A stretch of DNA of 60,200 nucleotides, counting the filler, from Sphacelaria rigidula (taxonomy: Eukaryota): NCBI GenBank assembly GCA_964200075.2. It is 5 parts of 5 records of this genome, joined end to end, with 100 filler letters (N's around TTAATTAATTAA, not from the genome) between each part and the next. Parts side by side here need not be neighbours in the genome. Positions count along the whole stretch, not along the records: positions 12,064 to 24,023 come from CAXNAA020004286.1; 4 more parts are not named here. One strand, given 5' to 3'. Positions within the stretch are counted from its first letter, which is position 1. Every line of letters starts with the position of its first letter. The notes beneath the pieces are model-generated. The model saw only the letters and a list, made by a program, of their open reading frames with translations, ran no database searches and had not been told where the DNA came from. The translations under genes and the position numbers were made by a program. Of the stretch, positions 12,064-23,943 are shown in pieces.

Positions 12064-13324
12064 CTTGCACTCTGTGACCACGGGTTCGAGAGATCGAGCT
12101 AATGTGATGGATATAATAATAATAATAATAATAATAATTCGCGGTATAATAAAACCTTAGCTGCACAGGGCACGTTGTGAGATAAATATATTCAGTGCCT
12201 GTGAGGTCAGGTGTTCAGGTCACCAAACTGCAGTTTTCACAAGGAGGACAGGCCGGTTCACATCCATCACCCAAAATTGTGTCATCAGCAAATGCCTTCT
12301 GCAATACCTGCCCAACAGCCGCATACATGGTATCATGCTAACCAACCTCCATGGACAATTGAAGAGGGTGATACGGCCGGGCTTTGGTTCAAGGCCGTAG
12401 GTGTAGCGCTAAGGGTGAAAAGGTACCGCGACCAATCAGCGGCCTTCGAATTGTTCTGACATTGAAACCACGACTTTACACCACAATTTCTACCCCATGT
12501 CCACAAGCTTCAAATCGTAGTGACTGCCATTAGCTCGGGAATCTAACAGGAAATACAATAGGTTTGAAAACGGTTGCAATGGGACCAAATTATATCCAAC
12601 ACAGCGGTCTTTCGATGAGATGGGGTTCAGGCGTCGTTGGATTTCCAATGACTTTAGACACCAAAGACCCAGAAAGCCTCCTGGCGGTTTCCCTTATATC
12701 TGTCGTAGAAAAGCTCCGACCGCCCTCGTATCTGGCAGTTCAGTAGGTATTGATACTCCCAATGTAAAAATGTACTAAAACATATTCCTCTTTCTCATCG
12801 GCATTTGCCGGCTTCCACGGGTCTGAATGATGGGACTCCCTGAAGCCGGTGCAGAATGCGCGAAAGGGAAAAAAATGATGCGTCCCATAGTAGTCCATTG
12901 AAACCTTGGTCAAAGTTCCGTCGCGCTACTCGAAAACTTGATGCAGTTATTTCTCGTTCAATGTTGAACATACCAGAAATAGGCGTTTTTACATTGAATT
13001 CAAGTAGTTGGGAGTGTAAACCGGGCACGAAAAACTTCCTCACACAAAGGCGCCAAACTTTACCCCGCTTGTTGGAGTTAGACGCTGAGAAATTATGCAC
13101 ACGTGGGTCATGACAAAAATTCCATGAAAGAGATTTTTTCCCCCCAGTTTTTGATTTGTTCCACCGGTTTCAGGGGTCCTAGGGGGCACCACCCCGAGAA
13201 CCCTGTGCAAATTTTCAGTCCAGTTCAATAAAAATGGCGTGAAGATTTGCCCATGGATACATTTTGGGTGACGTATCTTCTGATGGCAAACTAAAGTAAA
13301 AATCTGGAATGTGCCTTTCTGGAC

Positions 13325-13697
13325 CTTTTGCGTCGTTTTCCGCCCGAAAAGAGAGCTATGTTAGGCGGATTTCGACGCCTTGGAATGCCTTGCCGTATTC
13401 GTTGAGACGGTTCCAGTACACCTATGCGTTTTTCCGACGGCCGCAATTTTTTCTTGCCCAAAACTTGCATTTTTCTTGGAGATCGTTTATTTTTCTCGGA
13501 GACAGGTCAAGTCCAGAAATATTCCGAGATTTGCCTGGACTTGACCGGCTTGAGAAAAAATAAAGTTTGGGCAAGAAAAAAGTGCAGCCACCGGAGAAAC
13601 GTACAAGTGTGCTGGAACCGTCTCAACGAGTGCAGTAAGGCATCCCAAGGCGTTGAAAACCGCCTAGCTCTCGTGGGCGTCGAACGACGCACAAGCT
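13325..13697. repeat. Long imperfect palindrome (~370 bp fold-back)
   Basis: Centre ggtcaagtccag...ctggacttgacc (~13505-13546). Arm pairs: ttttttcttgcccaaa/tttgggcaagaaaaaa, cgttgagacggttccag/ctggaaccgtctcaacg, acgccttggaatgcctt/aaggcatcccaaggcgt. Confidence 0.9.
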
Positions 13698-14770
13698 CCA
13701 TAAAGACGGTCTTCCAGATTTTAGTTTGTGTTCGCCGTAGGGAGCAGCCCGAGATAGCGTGAACCAGCCTGTAATAAGCGATGGGGCAAACCACGGCGCA
13801 CAGTCGACATACAGCTAATCTAGGACCAAATGCACTTATCTGGTGGGACAATCCTTGCGTAGAGGGAGTTCTGAGTCTTGAGTCTGAGCGGCGATACAGT
13901 ATCTAAATTCGATGGAGAATGAACCGCACGAGATGTTGACGTACCACAATAGCCATCTTTGCATCTGATTGCTTGGGATCTCGAAGTTGTCCGGCCGTGT
14001 GATCACAAGTTCGCAATCAACCGTGGCTGGTTATGCGAAGAAATTATCCATTAATCATACTATAAGTCAAGTCTGTGGACGGCGGGCGTTGTTCATCAAA
14101 CCCGGGACGGTGGGTTTGTGTAGGTTTTAGTTCTCACTCGGTGTGGGGGTACGGCGCGTGTAGGGACGTGGCGTGGACGTGGACTGGGTAAGCTTTGCAG
14201 AGCAGAGCTAGGGGCAAGGATGGGATTGAGTGACGAGGGTGCGTGACGGGGCACCCAGGGTGAGGAGTACGACCATGACCCGGACTGGAGATTGGAGGAT
14301 GACCGTCCCGATTGACAAGCTCGGGATGACGGTCGGAGTTGACATGCCCGGGGCTATTAGTAAGCGGGTCGGGTCACACAGAGGTCATAACCATACTCCC
14401 CCTGACCTCGGTCTCTGCACGCCTGGTGCAAACTGTTGGCGGGGCTGCTTGCTGCCCCTTCGCCATATACTAGCTACGAGTACCGTATATGTCTACGAAT
14501 GCGGGTGAACTGCTACTCAGCGATTGCGTCTGTTTCTCCGCAACCTATTTACGAAATACATTTTGCTACACAACGTGTACTGCAACTGTTCTGCAGATGA
14601 ATCTATACAGTTGGTCACAAACTACGTGAAAAATGCGGTGCAAAGTAGTAGGTGGATCAAGTAAGATCGAGACGCATGTACGTTCAACGCGAGGTAGTTG
14701 TGTTGTAGGGGTTACGCCGACCCTGGCGGCGATACTGACCAGTGTAAAATCGGCACGGCGTTCTCCCCAC

Positions 14771-15112
14771 CTGAAAGTCTAGTCGCCCATCTCCGCCTGC
14801 ATCCAGCACGCGATACAGACGGGCGGCCACCTGAGCGCCCCTGGGACCCTCAAGCTTGGAGCAGTCTTCCAAAAGCACAAATCTCTCCGTGTTCGTGGAA
14901 CTATCGTTGTTGCTGTTGCTGCTGCCTGTGGTTGCCGGAGGGTGGTTGCCTGATCCATCGTCATTGGTGGCGGTAGTGGAGAGAGGCTTTGCCAACTGCT
15001 CGAATCGAGTGCGTAATGCGGCGCGATCGCCGGGGCTCACACCGCCTCCGTTCAACTGCCTGGCGGGGGATGTTGCATACTTGCCGCCGGTGGACGCGCT
15101 GGCGTTTCCCAT
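14771..15112 (-). CDS. First coding exon of an N-myristoylated EF-hand protein (rest of gene not found on this scaffold)
   Basis: MGNASAS matches the MGxxxS myristoylation consensus. The exon ends in RLYRVLDAGGDGRLDFQ (EF-hand helix plus loop positions 1-11) at a CAG|GTGGGG donor; 342 nt = 114 codons. Family unresolved (calcineurin B/NCS-like or MEAK7/TLDc-like architecture). Confidence 0.75.
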
Positions 15113-15838
15113 TTACTGCTTTATTATTATTCTACCGCAACGATGCAACGAGCGGGGGCGTGCGGTAGCTGTCGTTGCAGTGACACACAGGATTCGCAGG
15201 ATAGGGGTTGTTGCTTGTCTTTCATGTACTCGGTCGCGAGAGCTGTACCTTGTACTTGTCTTATTTTTGGACATGAAACTTCGCGGAAGCGGTACCCGAG
15301 GGGGCTCTCAAACTTAATGCATATGCTCAGATATATGAGCGCATGCGTCTTGGCCAGACCCACTTCAGCACGGTCAGCAGATGTGCCGGAAGCCACCTGA
15401 AAAATTTCGCCTGATTTGGATTGGTGCGTGTATTTACCCCGTCACGCAGACCGGCGATCGGAAGTTAGGAGTCCACAGAGGGGAAGGTACGTGCAAGTAG
15501 ATTTTGATAAAATAATAAATAAAAAATCTTACCTGACTGCGAATAATTTTTGCATGTGATAGATATAGCACAAACGCCAAGCCAAAGAAGCGCAAAACGG
15601 TAAAAATACTGCGGTTATTGACTAGAAAATGGGACCATACCCATCACTTATAAATAATGACAAAAAATTACGAACAACCGGATCTTCGATTGCGGTTGCT
15701 TGAGATAGCACTTCTGCAACGTATTCGTGCACTCGCTAGGGTTCATATTTCGTCGACTTCCCGCAGCGCAGTACTACATGTGATTCACTGTTCGTGCACT
15801 ACTACTGCACAGCGGGAACGTTGCTCAAGAAGTGAAAA

Positions 15839-15911
15839 ATGAGACCTGGCAGTCGGGGATATGCTGGTGGGGGCCTTCAGCCACCCGGAACAGGAATGAG
15901 AATGGCAACAG
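15839..15911 (+). CDS. IFT74: IFT74 exon 1
   Basis: MRPGSRGYAGGGLQPPGTGMRMAT; donor AG|GTGAGC; phase 1 matches exon 2. Confidence 0.85.
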
Positions 15912-18900
15912 GTGAGCTGGGGAAATGTAAGCACTCAAGATCCAGGATACAATTGCACGCAGCCGCGGAAACCTGATCCACGCCATTTTTCAAACCTTGC
16001 TCGCCGCTGGCCTGTTTTTGTCAAGGTTGTGTGGGGCCACTCCCTTGTTTTACATCAAGTTCACAATACTTTTGTACGCAGCGGGGGCGACCTGATCCTT
16101 ACACATGCTGACCGCAATCGCCCTTCAATAGTGTTGTTGTCGTCAAGGTGCTGTCGAGCTACTACCCTATTGCTTTAACATGAACCTCCACACTTCTTTG
16201 TCGTGAGTGTTTAGCCAGTGTATGCATGTGTATTCGTCCTTATCCCCTGGGTTCTGGTTACTGAGGTACAACCGTCTGGAGTAGGGCTCGGGAATGGTTT
16301 GTGTATATCCATTAATCAGTTGAATGGTTACGCGTAGCGCACTTAGACAGTCAAATCGTACATAATGGTTTGGTTATCGGGGGGTGCAACCGCGAACCAA
16401 AAAGCTCTCCCCGGCAGAGAAGGCCCAGCCGGAGGCGCCCCCGGAGGGCTCCAGTGGAGGCGCCGTGCCGGAGGCACATTTTCACGCAATTTGGCTTCAC
16501 TAGAGCTCAAAAACACGAAAGCGTTTGGCCAATTTTCAAGGGCTCTATGTAGCGAACGTAGCCGGTAATGGCTTCTAAATAAAGCCGGTAACGGTAAATA
16601 ATGGTTTGAGACCATTATCCAAATTTTTCATATGACCATTACCATTATTACCATTATAATGATAATGATCAGTTATAACTGGTACCATTTCCGAGCTCTA
16701 ATCTGGAGGGTATCGGAGAAGTTGCTGATCGTTGTCTATGTGTATGATCTGCTCTAAGTTAGGACCGTTGAACGTCTGCTATGCTAGACAACCTTTTTGT
16801 TTACACCCAGGGTGTGATTTTCCACAAACTTCTTTCTCCTCCAAGTCTCATCTCGCAATTCGTTGCACCCAACAATTTCATCCTTCAGCGCAGAGAGGGG
16901 GACGACCCATGTCTGGCAGAATGCGTACGGGACAGGTCACGGCTGGTCCAAGCAGAGAGGCTGCCTACGGCGTAGCCCTTTCTCAGGAAGTTAAAATTGC
17001 CGACCGGCCGGTGACGCAGCAGGTGAACACGATAAACTTGCTGTATGGGTGTTACTATCTGTATAAGGAACCGTGAATCACGCGCGTAGACGCGATCCCA
17101 TTAGTTGGGAGTGGTCTAAACATAAAACATTGTGAGATATAAGGTCAACTTATGTCAGGCGGCATTTCACATAGCCTTGATATACCATCCATGTAAAAGC
17201 AAAGACGACATCTCACTGTTAGAATCGTCTGACAAATCCTCTGAATGTTTCCGATTTTGTCTAGTAATGAGAAATCGACCACATGTGTGGATAACTTCCC
17301 GCAGAGTGATATTAAGATATCGAGTGAATCAAGAGGATGGGTATATTTCCCCACTTCTACTCCCTCGAGCACCCGTCGCTACACCCCGCAAGTACGACGT
17401 CAAAGCTCCAATTGGCCAGGGGAGAATAGATGTTACGATACTAACGTATTGATATGGGCCTATTTTGAACCCGTACCCCACACAACGTGCCCGTAACAAC
17501 TTGTTGTACACTTGACGCCTCTACACATTATGATCCATTTATAGGTTCTACATTTCCACATATGAACTCCCTGCAAATTAAATCAGGGCATGTCGGGCAT
17601 GAAGACGGCAGGGGGCGGTGGCATAGGCAGGCAGGTCCAAGATGCATCCTTTTTCATTGGAGTGCTGCGCAGTAAGATGAACGATATTCGCGCCGAGATT
17701 AGCCGCCTAAGAGCCGAGATAGAACGCCACGAGAAGGAATTGTCGCAGCAGGGACACTTGGAACGTACCTACGAGACACTACTTCAGGAGGTGAAAACTC
17801 TGGAAGGCACGCTTGCGGACTACAATCTTGCGGTGGACAAGGCCAGAACTACGGCAGATCCGGGGGAGGTCGCCAAGTACTTGCATGAATTGGAGGATCA
17901 GAATCGGTGCGCTTGCTGCTTGCGATTATGCGCTTGTCGGCGCGACGAGGTTTCGCTGATAGAGGGGTAGAACCACGATCGACTTGGGCCATAAAATCAG
18001 CTCAGAAGTACAAAACAGTAGATGTGGTTGGTGAGAGCCAATACTGGAAGGACGCCGTATATGAAAAATTTCTTCCATAGGGAGTTATGTGCCTTCACGA
18101 AAGACAGTATGCCACCACCATGTATGTGGAATATGGAGTAACTGTTCTGTGTCGTTGTTGTAGGCGAGTATGTATATCTGGCGTCAGACTTGAAGCTCCC
18201 TAGAGTGATGCCGCCATGGCCCCCCTCAAAACCAGCCCTAAAACTATCACGAACAAAACGGCCGTCCAGCGCATGACAGCTAGTTCCAGACTGCATGAAG
18301 CGCCTCATATGCGCGATATTGGAGACAACGACCCGAAGTGTGGGAGTTCCCAGCTGCTCGGTGCGCTCGGCGTTTGTTATTTTGATTCGCGTGTAAATCT
18401 GCCTCCTCACACCAGCCATTTTTTCTGGGGGGGGGGGGGGGGTCTTTCCCGCCATTCCCCCTCTGGTACGTCCGCCCCGCTTCTTTTGCTTTCCTGTTTT
18501 TTAAATACGTTTCCCTCCATTTNNNNNNNNNNTTTTTTTTTTTTTTTTTTTCTGTTGGCTTTCTCCCCCCCCCCCTCCTTTTTTTTGTGGGGGGGGGGGG
18601 GGGGGGCTATCGCGACATCACTCCTTGGTGACGTCACGCCGCCTGCTTTCGCCTTCAGATTGTCGAAAGACGTATACCGGCATGTTCTCGTAGCTACTTA
18701 GCCAGCGATAGCAAAGACATCGCACAATGTCCTCCCTCATCCTGTATGCCCGTGCAACTTCGGTGGACAATATTGATGACGAAAATACACGCTATATTTA
18801 TGACAGGAGGGAAGCTCGGGGTTTGGACGACATCTTTCTGGCGAAGCAGCAGCACGAAAAAGATACGCAGGACCTGGAAGGGGAGATGGAAGCTGTGCAT

Positions 18901-21900
18901 AGACGAGTGAGCGAACCTGCGTTTGAAGTGCTTCTATACGCTCACCACTTTTTGACCGTCGAGATCCAACGAAAAGCACCGACGCGATGAATGCTGAAGT
19001 GTTTTAGTCGAGTACGCTTTGAAATAATCATATGGCGAAAGTGAAGCCGTTCAGCCAGTCATCTAAAGCAATAGGATGGGCATCACCCACAAGCGACACG
19101 AGGCAATATTCAATTCTTGTGGCTACCCTTGCTGTGTCCACACGCCCGTACCCTCGTTCTCTTTCCCGTCTTCGCTTCCCAACAAAATACACACCGCTCC
19201 GGAGATGGAAGATAAGATCAACACGCTAGAGCCCGAGAAGCTGCATGAGTATCGAGTTCTTCTGCAGCGAAATCACGATCTCCAGGTTCGTGGGTGCCTG
19301 CGCAGCGGGTACGTGTCGATGTGACCAAAGGGTATCATTGTTTGTGTGTCTGTAACCGTGCAACTGTTACCTGTGATCACGTGTAAAGGTACGTTGTACA
19401 TCCCCACCGATCGGTAATAAATGACAGAATGAATCAACTGGTAGTGGGGCAGTGGTATAGATTTTCAGTACATGGAGAACAGGCTCGCCAGATGCTCGAA
19501 ATTTCTTACCACCTCGCACCAGTGGATCAATTGACTCATTTAATGAAGGCTTGGTGCCTTTTTTTTGCGGTGTCACGAGGAAGCCATAGGCCTCTCTCCT
19601 TTCTGTGCAAACTAACCCTCCCCCGACTTCACACACCCTCCGTCCGTTACACAAAAAATGATGTCAAGCCCGCTTTTGCATATAGGCTGCGTGCTTACTG
19701 TGTGCTCTACCACGATCAAACACGCAAATCAACTCCATTTCTCCCCTGTCAGTTCATAGTCACTCCCGTAAATTGTAATTTTTGGAACTACACAGTCCAG
19801 AGTGGCCCAGAAACAAGCGGAAGCCGATCACCTCGCTGCACAGATAGGCGAGCACGAGGCGCGTTCGCAAGGACAAGGGAGCGCGGCACTACGAGCAGAA
19901 TACGCACAGCTGGACAAGTCAGTGGGATCCTTGAGAAGGGAAAGGGAAAACTTGCAGCAGGACCTCGAGATATCGACCATGAGCCCAAAGGAGGTGCATC
20001 ATTTTGAGCGTCAAAGAGACATGTTAGGATACACACGACGCTGAAGAGGTATACGCGTCGCACCAAAGAGGTATCGCCTGACACACGCGAGACCAAAGAA
20101 GCACACGTCGCACCAAACACATCCCATATTGCGCTACAATGAAGACGACCCGGCGTATCTCGTAAGGAAGGCACGAGACTTGATGGGGAAACCATAACCA
20201 TAGCCCTAACCAAACCCCGCCCTTCGAGATGTACGAGAACTGCAAGGGGATCCAATCGCACCCTCCATTTACCCCGTAGGTGAATGGATACTGTGCGCTA
20301 CGTGGAAGTGCAAAAAACCAATATCGATCCTTGGTGTGTACGGTGCGGATATGTCAAGCACGGACAACTGACTCTGAAACAATCGACCACGCAGGCTAGG
20401 GAGCGGCTGCTAAGCAAGGTAAAAGCGGACCAAGAGAGGCTCAAGCAACTGGACGTAAGGACGGCAGAGACAGCCAGCGAGATCGAGAGCATGAAGCGTC
20501 GGTTGGCAGACTTTGACTCCGACATGAAGGCGGACAAAAAAGGGGACGTCGCCCAAAACAAGGCACGTTCAAAGTGTTTCCGTCCTTCTGTATGCAAGGC
20601 TGACAGGATGAAGGATGTTGTCCGACACTAAGGCGCTGTCCAGTACTTGAAGGATGCGAACTCCCCCATTTGAGATAGTCCCCGATCAAATGAATAGATA
20701 ACTGGCTGCTGCTTCAAGAGCCACATGGCGACTGACTGCTACATGTAAACAATGTATAAGGGTATCTTATATATGCTAATATGTGGGATTCCTTGGGTAG
20801 TAAAGGTCAAACACCGCGCGCATCATCGGGTTAATACCTCCACGTGTTTGTACGCTCGCGCGTGCACACAACACGGGAATAAACAGGTGGAGGTGTTGCA
20901 GAAGAGGGATCAAGAAATGACGGAGTTTATAGAGAGGTTTGATCAGACGAAAGACGAGGCTCTCGTAGATCAGAAGTCTGCTCGTTCCACCATCGTTGGC
21001 TTGTTGGAGCACATCAGCCAAGGCTTGGACGCCCAACACCACATCCCCGAACAGAGTAGGATGCGGGTGAGTAAGCGCAACAAGAGGAGATGCGGGGAGG
21101 AGGGGCGGGAAGAGGGGGTAGTGTATCCGGCTAATCTTGAGGTGGGGTTTTTCATGCCTCCGAGGAAGCACGAACTTTATCAGTTGAATTTTCTCAAAGT
21201 TGAGTATGTACTCGATCCCACTCTGAAATTTACATGTTACTTGTAGAACCTAGGCCGAATAACATCGTGAAGTGCGATACGTCACGATGCAGAGCGGAAA
21301 TAGGAGGGAGCAATGACGGAGGAACTTTTGAAAGGATATACCACGGATGTTATGACCGTTATAGGCTCGGAGAGAGTTGGTCGTCTCACAAATCCGCAAC
21401 GAACGGGCGAGGGGTCGGATTCATTGTGTGAGAGACAAGGTGCCGTGCTTCAGCTTGTATTGTGTGGGTTGCGGTCACAAATATTATACGCGGCGGCACA
21501 ACCCAACCCCAGCCCACAGGATTTGCTGGCTGCATTAACGTCCTATGTTATCATGATACATGTCATGCGGGGCGAACAGGTACTGGCACATACGATGGAA
21601 CACAAACTTGCCTCAATGGCAGAAAAATGTATCATATTTGGCGCCAACGCGGGCTCTCATCCGAATCGTCGCTTGCTTAGCTCAGGGAGCGGAAAGCGAA
21701 CATGATACACACGGATATAATTTGGACATAACGCGCATAATGTTTTACACGCCAAGCATAGATCGTCGGCTGTGCGAGGAGTTGAAGTCTACAGCTTGTA
21801 CTTCTTCCGGTCGGTTACATTTTTCTCTCTTTCCCCTTCCCCCCGCTCATCAGTGCTCCGTCTCGAAAGGGATGCGTGGTCAATGGTCAAACGACTAAGG

Positions 21901-23482
21901 CAAGCAAAAATGAGTACGCCCCCCCCCCCCCCCCACACCCTTTTCTCCCCCCCCCCACCAGTCCCCGAGCCCGGGCAAAGGCCGCTCATCACATTTTCGT
22001 CGCTCGCGTATCAGGAGCTCGAAGACGAGAATAGCTTCAAGGGGAAACAACTTAAAAGCTCGGAGATGACAAGGCGGCGACTGCAGCAGGACAAGGAGAG
22101 AAGGCAGCAAGAGATGGATAAGATAGACACTCTTGACGAAAAGGCACGACTACTACTCTTTACAAATTGCACCTTTCCATGCAGTTTCTCGTGCTCTTCT
22201 CTGTCCCCCCCGTTACAAAAAAGAAAAACGGGGGGGTGGGGGGTATTGACTGCTATCCTCACGCCTAGTGCCGCGCCCCGGTGGTGTAATGGTCCGACTG
22301 TCGCCATTAGGGTGGGGAGAACGGGCGTTCGATTCCCAATGCGTTGGGTTTTTTCTTCGTAATGTATGATTTCTACTGTGGAAAGCGTGAGAACGTGAGT
22401 AAACAAAAAATGTCAACTGGGTAAGTGTGACGTGAGTTGATGCGGTGCGAGAGTGCTGATCCAATCCGCGAGACCAAAATGAAAGGCACATACCGGGGGA
22501 GAGATGGGTTGATCTCTTGAGACCACGGACTCATGTCGAGGAAGGGAGGGGGTTTAAAGTGCGAGGGGAAAAAAAAAGTGCAGCACCCCCCGTCCTTCTT
22601 TACAAACCAGCACACTAAATCCGACATTTCGTGCTTTTCCATGCTTGTCATCCTTCGAACGCCTCGGCATAACACGTCCCACACTCCCACGCCCCCAACC
22701 CCGGCCCTCGTATGCGTATCGGTCACCAACACGTTTTTGCAACTTCATTTCGCCGCGAGGGCAGATTCCTCTGGAGCTGGCGAATATGAAGGAAAAGGTG
22801 GGGAAATGTTATATTCACTTTTAGTCACAGGGAGTAGCGGGGGTGAAAGGGACGGTGGTGATGGGGAGGGGGGGGTATCATGTTCCTGGGCAAGAGTTTC
22901 GCATGGTGCAAGGGCCGAAATGCACTGAGACCGCTTCATGTGGCAAATCATTCGGAGAACGTCCACTCCTTTTTGCTTTTCTTCTCTGTATGTTGCCTTG
23001 TCGGTGATCCCTCCCTGCCCCCCCCCCCTCTGCCCTCTCCCCCCGCGGGGGCGCATGCCTTCCCCATTGGACAACCCCAACACGTGCAGATCTCCAAAAT
23101 GATCAGAGAAATGAAAGACTTCGAGGACATCGATGGCCTCCGCGACCAAGCAACCCGCACGAAGGTTTGACTGCTGTCCAATAAAAATCCTCGTTTCATC
23201 CAATTTGCGAAATTAATGAGTTTTCCTTGTGTGCATGTTTGAACACGAAACGATACAGACGTGTGTGTGTATGTTTCCTGAACCATCGAGGTGCTAACAC
23301 CGTGCGTTGTTCTCTTCATTCCTGTGTACCTTTCGCTGGGTGGGCATGATGCGACCAAGCAGGAACATCTGCAGGGACTGAAAACACAGTACCGCCATCG
23401 AGTAGAAGCGATGCGCGGGCAGGTACAGCAACTCACGGCGAGGCACGAAATCTCCAAGAAGGAACTTGCCGCTAGCGAGACG
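15839..23482 (+). CDS. IFT74: Intraflagellar transport protein 74 (IFT74/IFT72), 12 exons, 3'-truncated by scaffold end
   Basis: Exons 15839-15911, 16889-17022, 17587-17906, 18807-18906, 19205-19285, 19796-19993, 20395-20562, 20887-21066, 22015-22143, 22765-22797, 23090-23164 and 23363-23482 splice to 1611 nt (537 codons) without stops. Hallmark motifs: RPGSRG, PPGTG, KIADRPVTQQGMSGMKT, RQVQDASFFIGVLRSK, LADYNLAVDK, KRDQEMTEFIERF, IVGLLEHIS. Colinear with IFT74 orthologues as I recall them. Confidence 0.95.
16889..17022 (+). CDS. IFT74: IFT74 exon 2
   Basis: ttcag| (A)QRGGRPMSGRMRTG...KIADRPVTQQ |gtgaac. Confidence 0.9.
17587..17906 (+). CDS. IFT74: IFT74 exon 3
   Basis: atcag| GMSGMKT...LADYNLAVDK...LEDQN(R) |gtgcgc. 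Confidence 0.93.
18807..18906 (+). CDS. IFT74: IFT74 exon 4
   Basis: gacag| REARGLDDIFLAKQ...EAVHRR |gtgagc. Confidence 0.9.
19205..19285 (+). CDS. IFT74: IFT74 exon 5
   Basis: ggag| MEDKINTLEPEKLHEYRVLLQRNHDLQ |gttcgt (GAG acceptor). Confidence 0.85.
19796..19993 (+). CDS. IFT74: IFT74 exon 6
   Basis: cacag| SRVAQKQAEAD...ISTMSPKE |gtgcat. Confidence 0.9.
20395..20562 (+). CDS. IFT74: IFT74 exon 7
   Basis: cgcag| ARERLLSKVKADQ...DVAQNK |gcacgt (GC donor). Confidence 0.88.
20887..21066 (+). CDS. IFT74: IFT74 exon 8
   Basis: aacag| VEVLQKRDQEMTEFIERF...LLEHISQ...QSRMR |gtgagt. Confidence 0.93.
22015..22143 (+). CDS. IFT74: IFT74 exon 9
   Basis: atcag| ELEDENSFKGKQLKSSE...IDTLDEK |gcacga (GC donor). 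Confidence 0.9.
22268..22578 (+). mobile_element. tRNA-derived SINE family B, near full length, in IFT74 intron 9
   Basis: Head gccccggtggtgtaatggt...gttcgattccc (Pol III A/B-box-like). The body is shared with 55055-55200; A-rich tail. Confidence 0.75.
22765..22797 (+). CDS. IFT74: IFT74 exon 10 (33-nt micro-exon)
   Basis: ggcag| IPLELANMKEK |gtgggg; fills the expected gap between LDEK and ISKM. Confidence 0.85.
23090..23164 (+). CDS. IFT74: IFT74 exon 11
   Basis: tgcag| ISKMIREMKDFEDIDGLRDQATRTK |gtttga. Confidence 0.9.
23363..23482 (+). CDS. IFT74: IFT74 exon 12 (last one present)
   Basis: agcag| EHLQGLKTQYRHRVEAMR...ELAASET |gtgagc. Confidence 0.9.
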
Positions 23483-23908
23483 GTGAGCAATGGCATGATT
23501 AACAGGGGGGGCTTTCCTCTGAAAGCGAAGGCACTCATCCTTCCTCTGTTGTTGTTTATGACTTTGTGCTCGATGCCCCCCCCCCCCCCCCCCAACGTCT
23601 TGGTGACCGAACAGTATATCGCGTAGCCGTATTGGCAAATCTCTCCAGGCGTAGGAAATCGAAGAGGCTACTGCAGGTGTTGTCGGCTGACGTGACCTGT
23701 AGGGCACATCGAATAAGGCATTCCCATCGCATAGTTAGAGACGAAGGATGCAACAGATGCTTCAATGATACAACAACGCCATGGAACAAACTCACCATGG
23801 ACGAATCGATGTGTACCATACACAACATATGCCCCCCCCTCCCCCTGTCCCCCTCCATCCCTCATATCTTGCTCCCGTTCTACCTACTGTAACATTTTCC
23901 TGAAATGT

Positions 23909-23943
<35 letters not shown>

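Noticed and set aside
18410..18660. Apparent direct duplication around poly-G in IFT74 intron 3
   Set aside because: The two similar halves flank a 10-N gap and follow G homopolymers, so this is most likely low-quality overlapping read ends.
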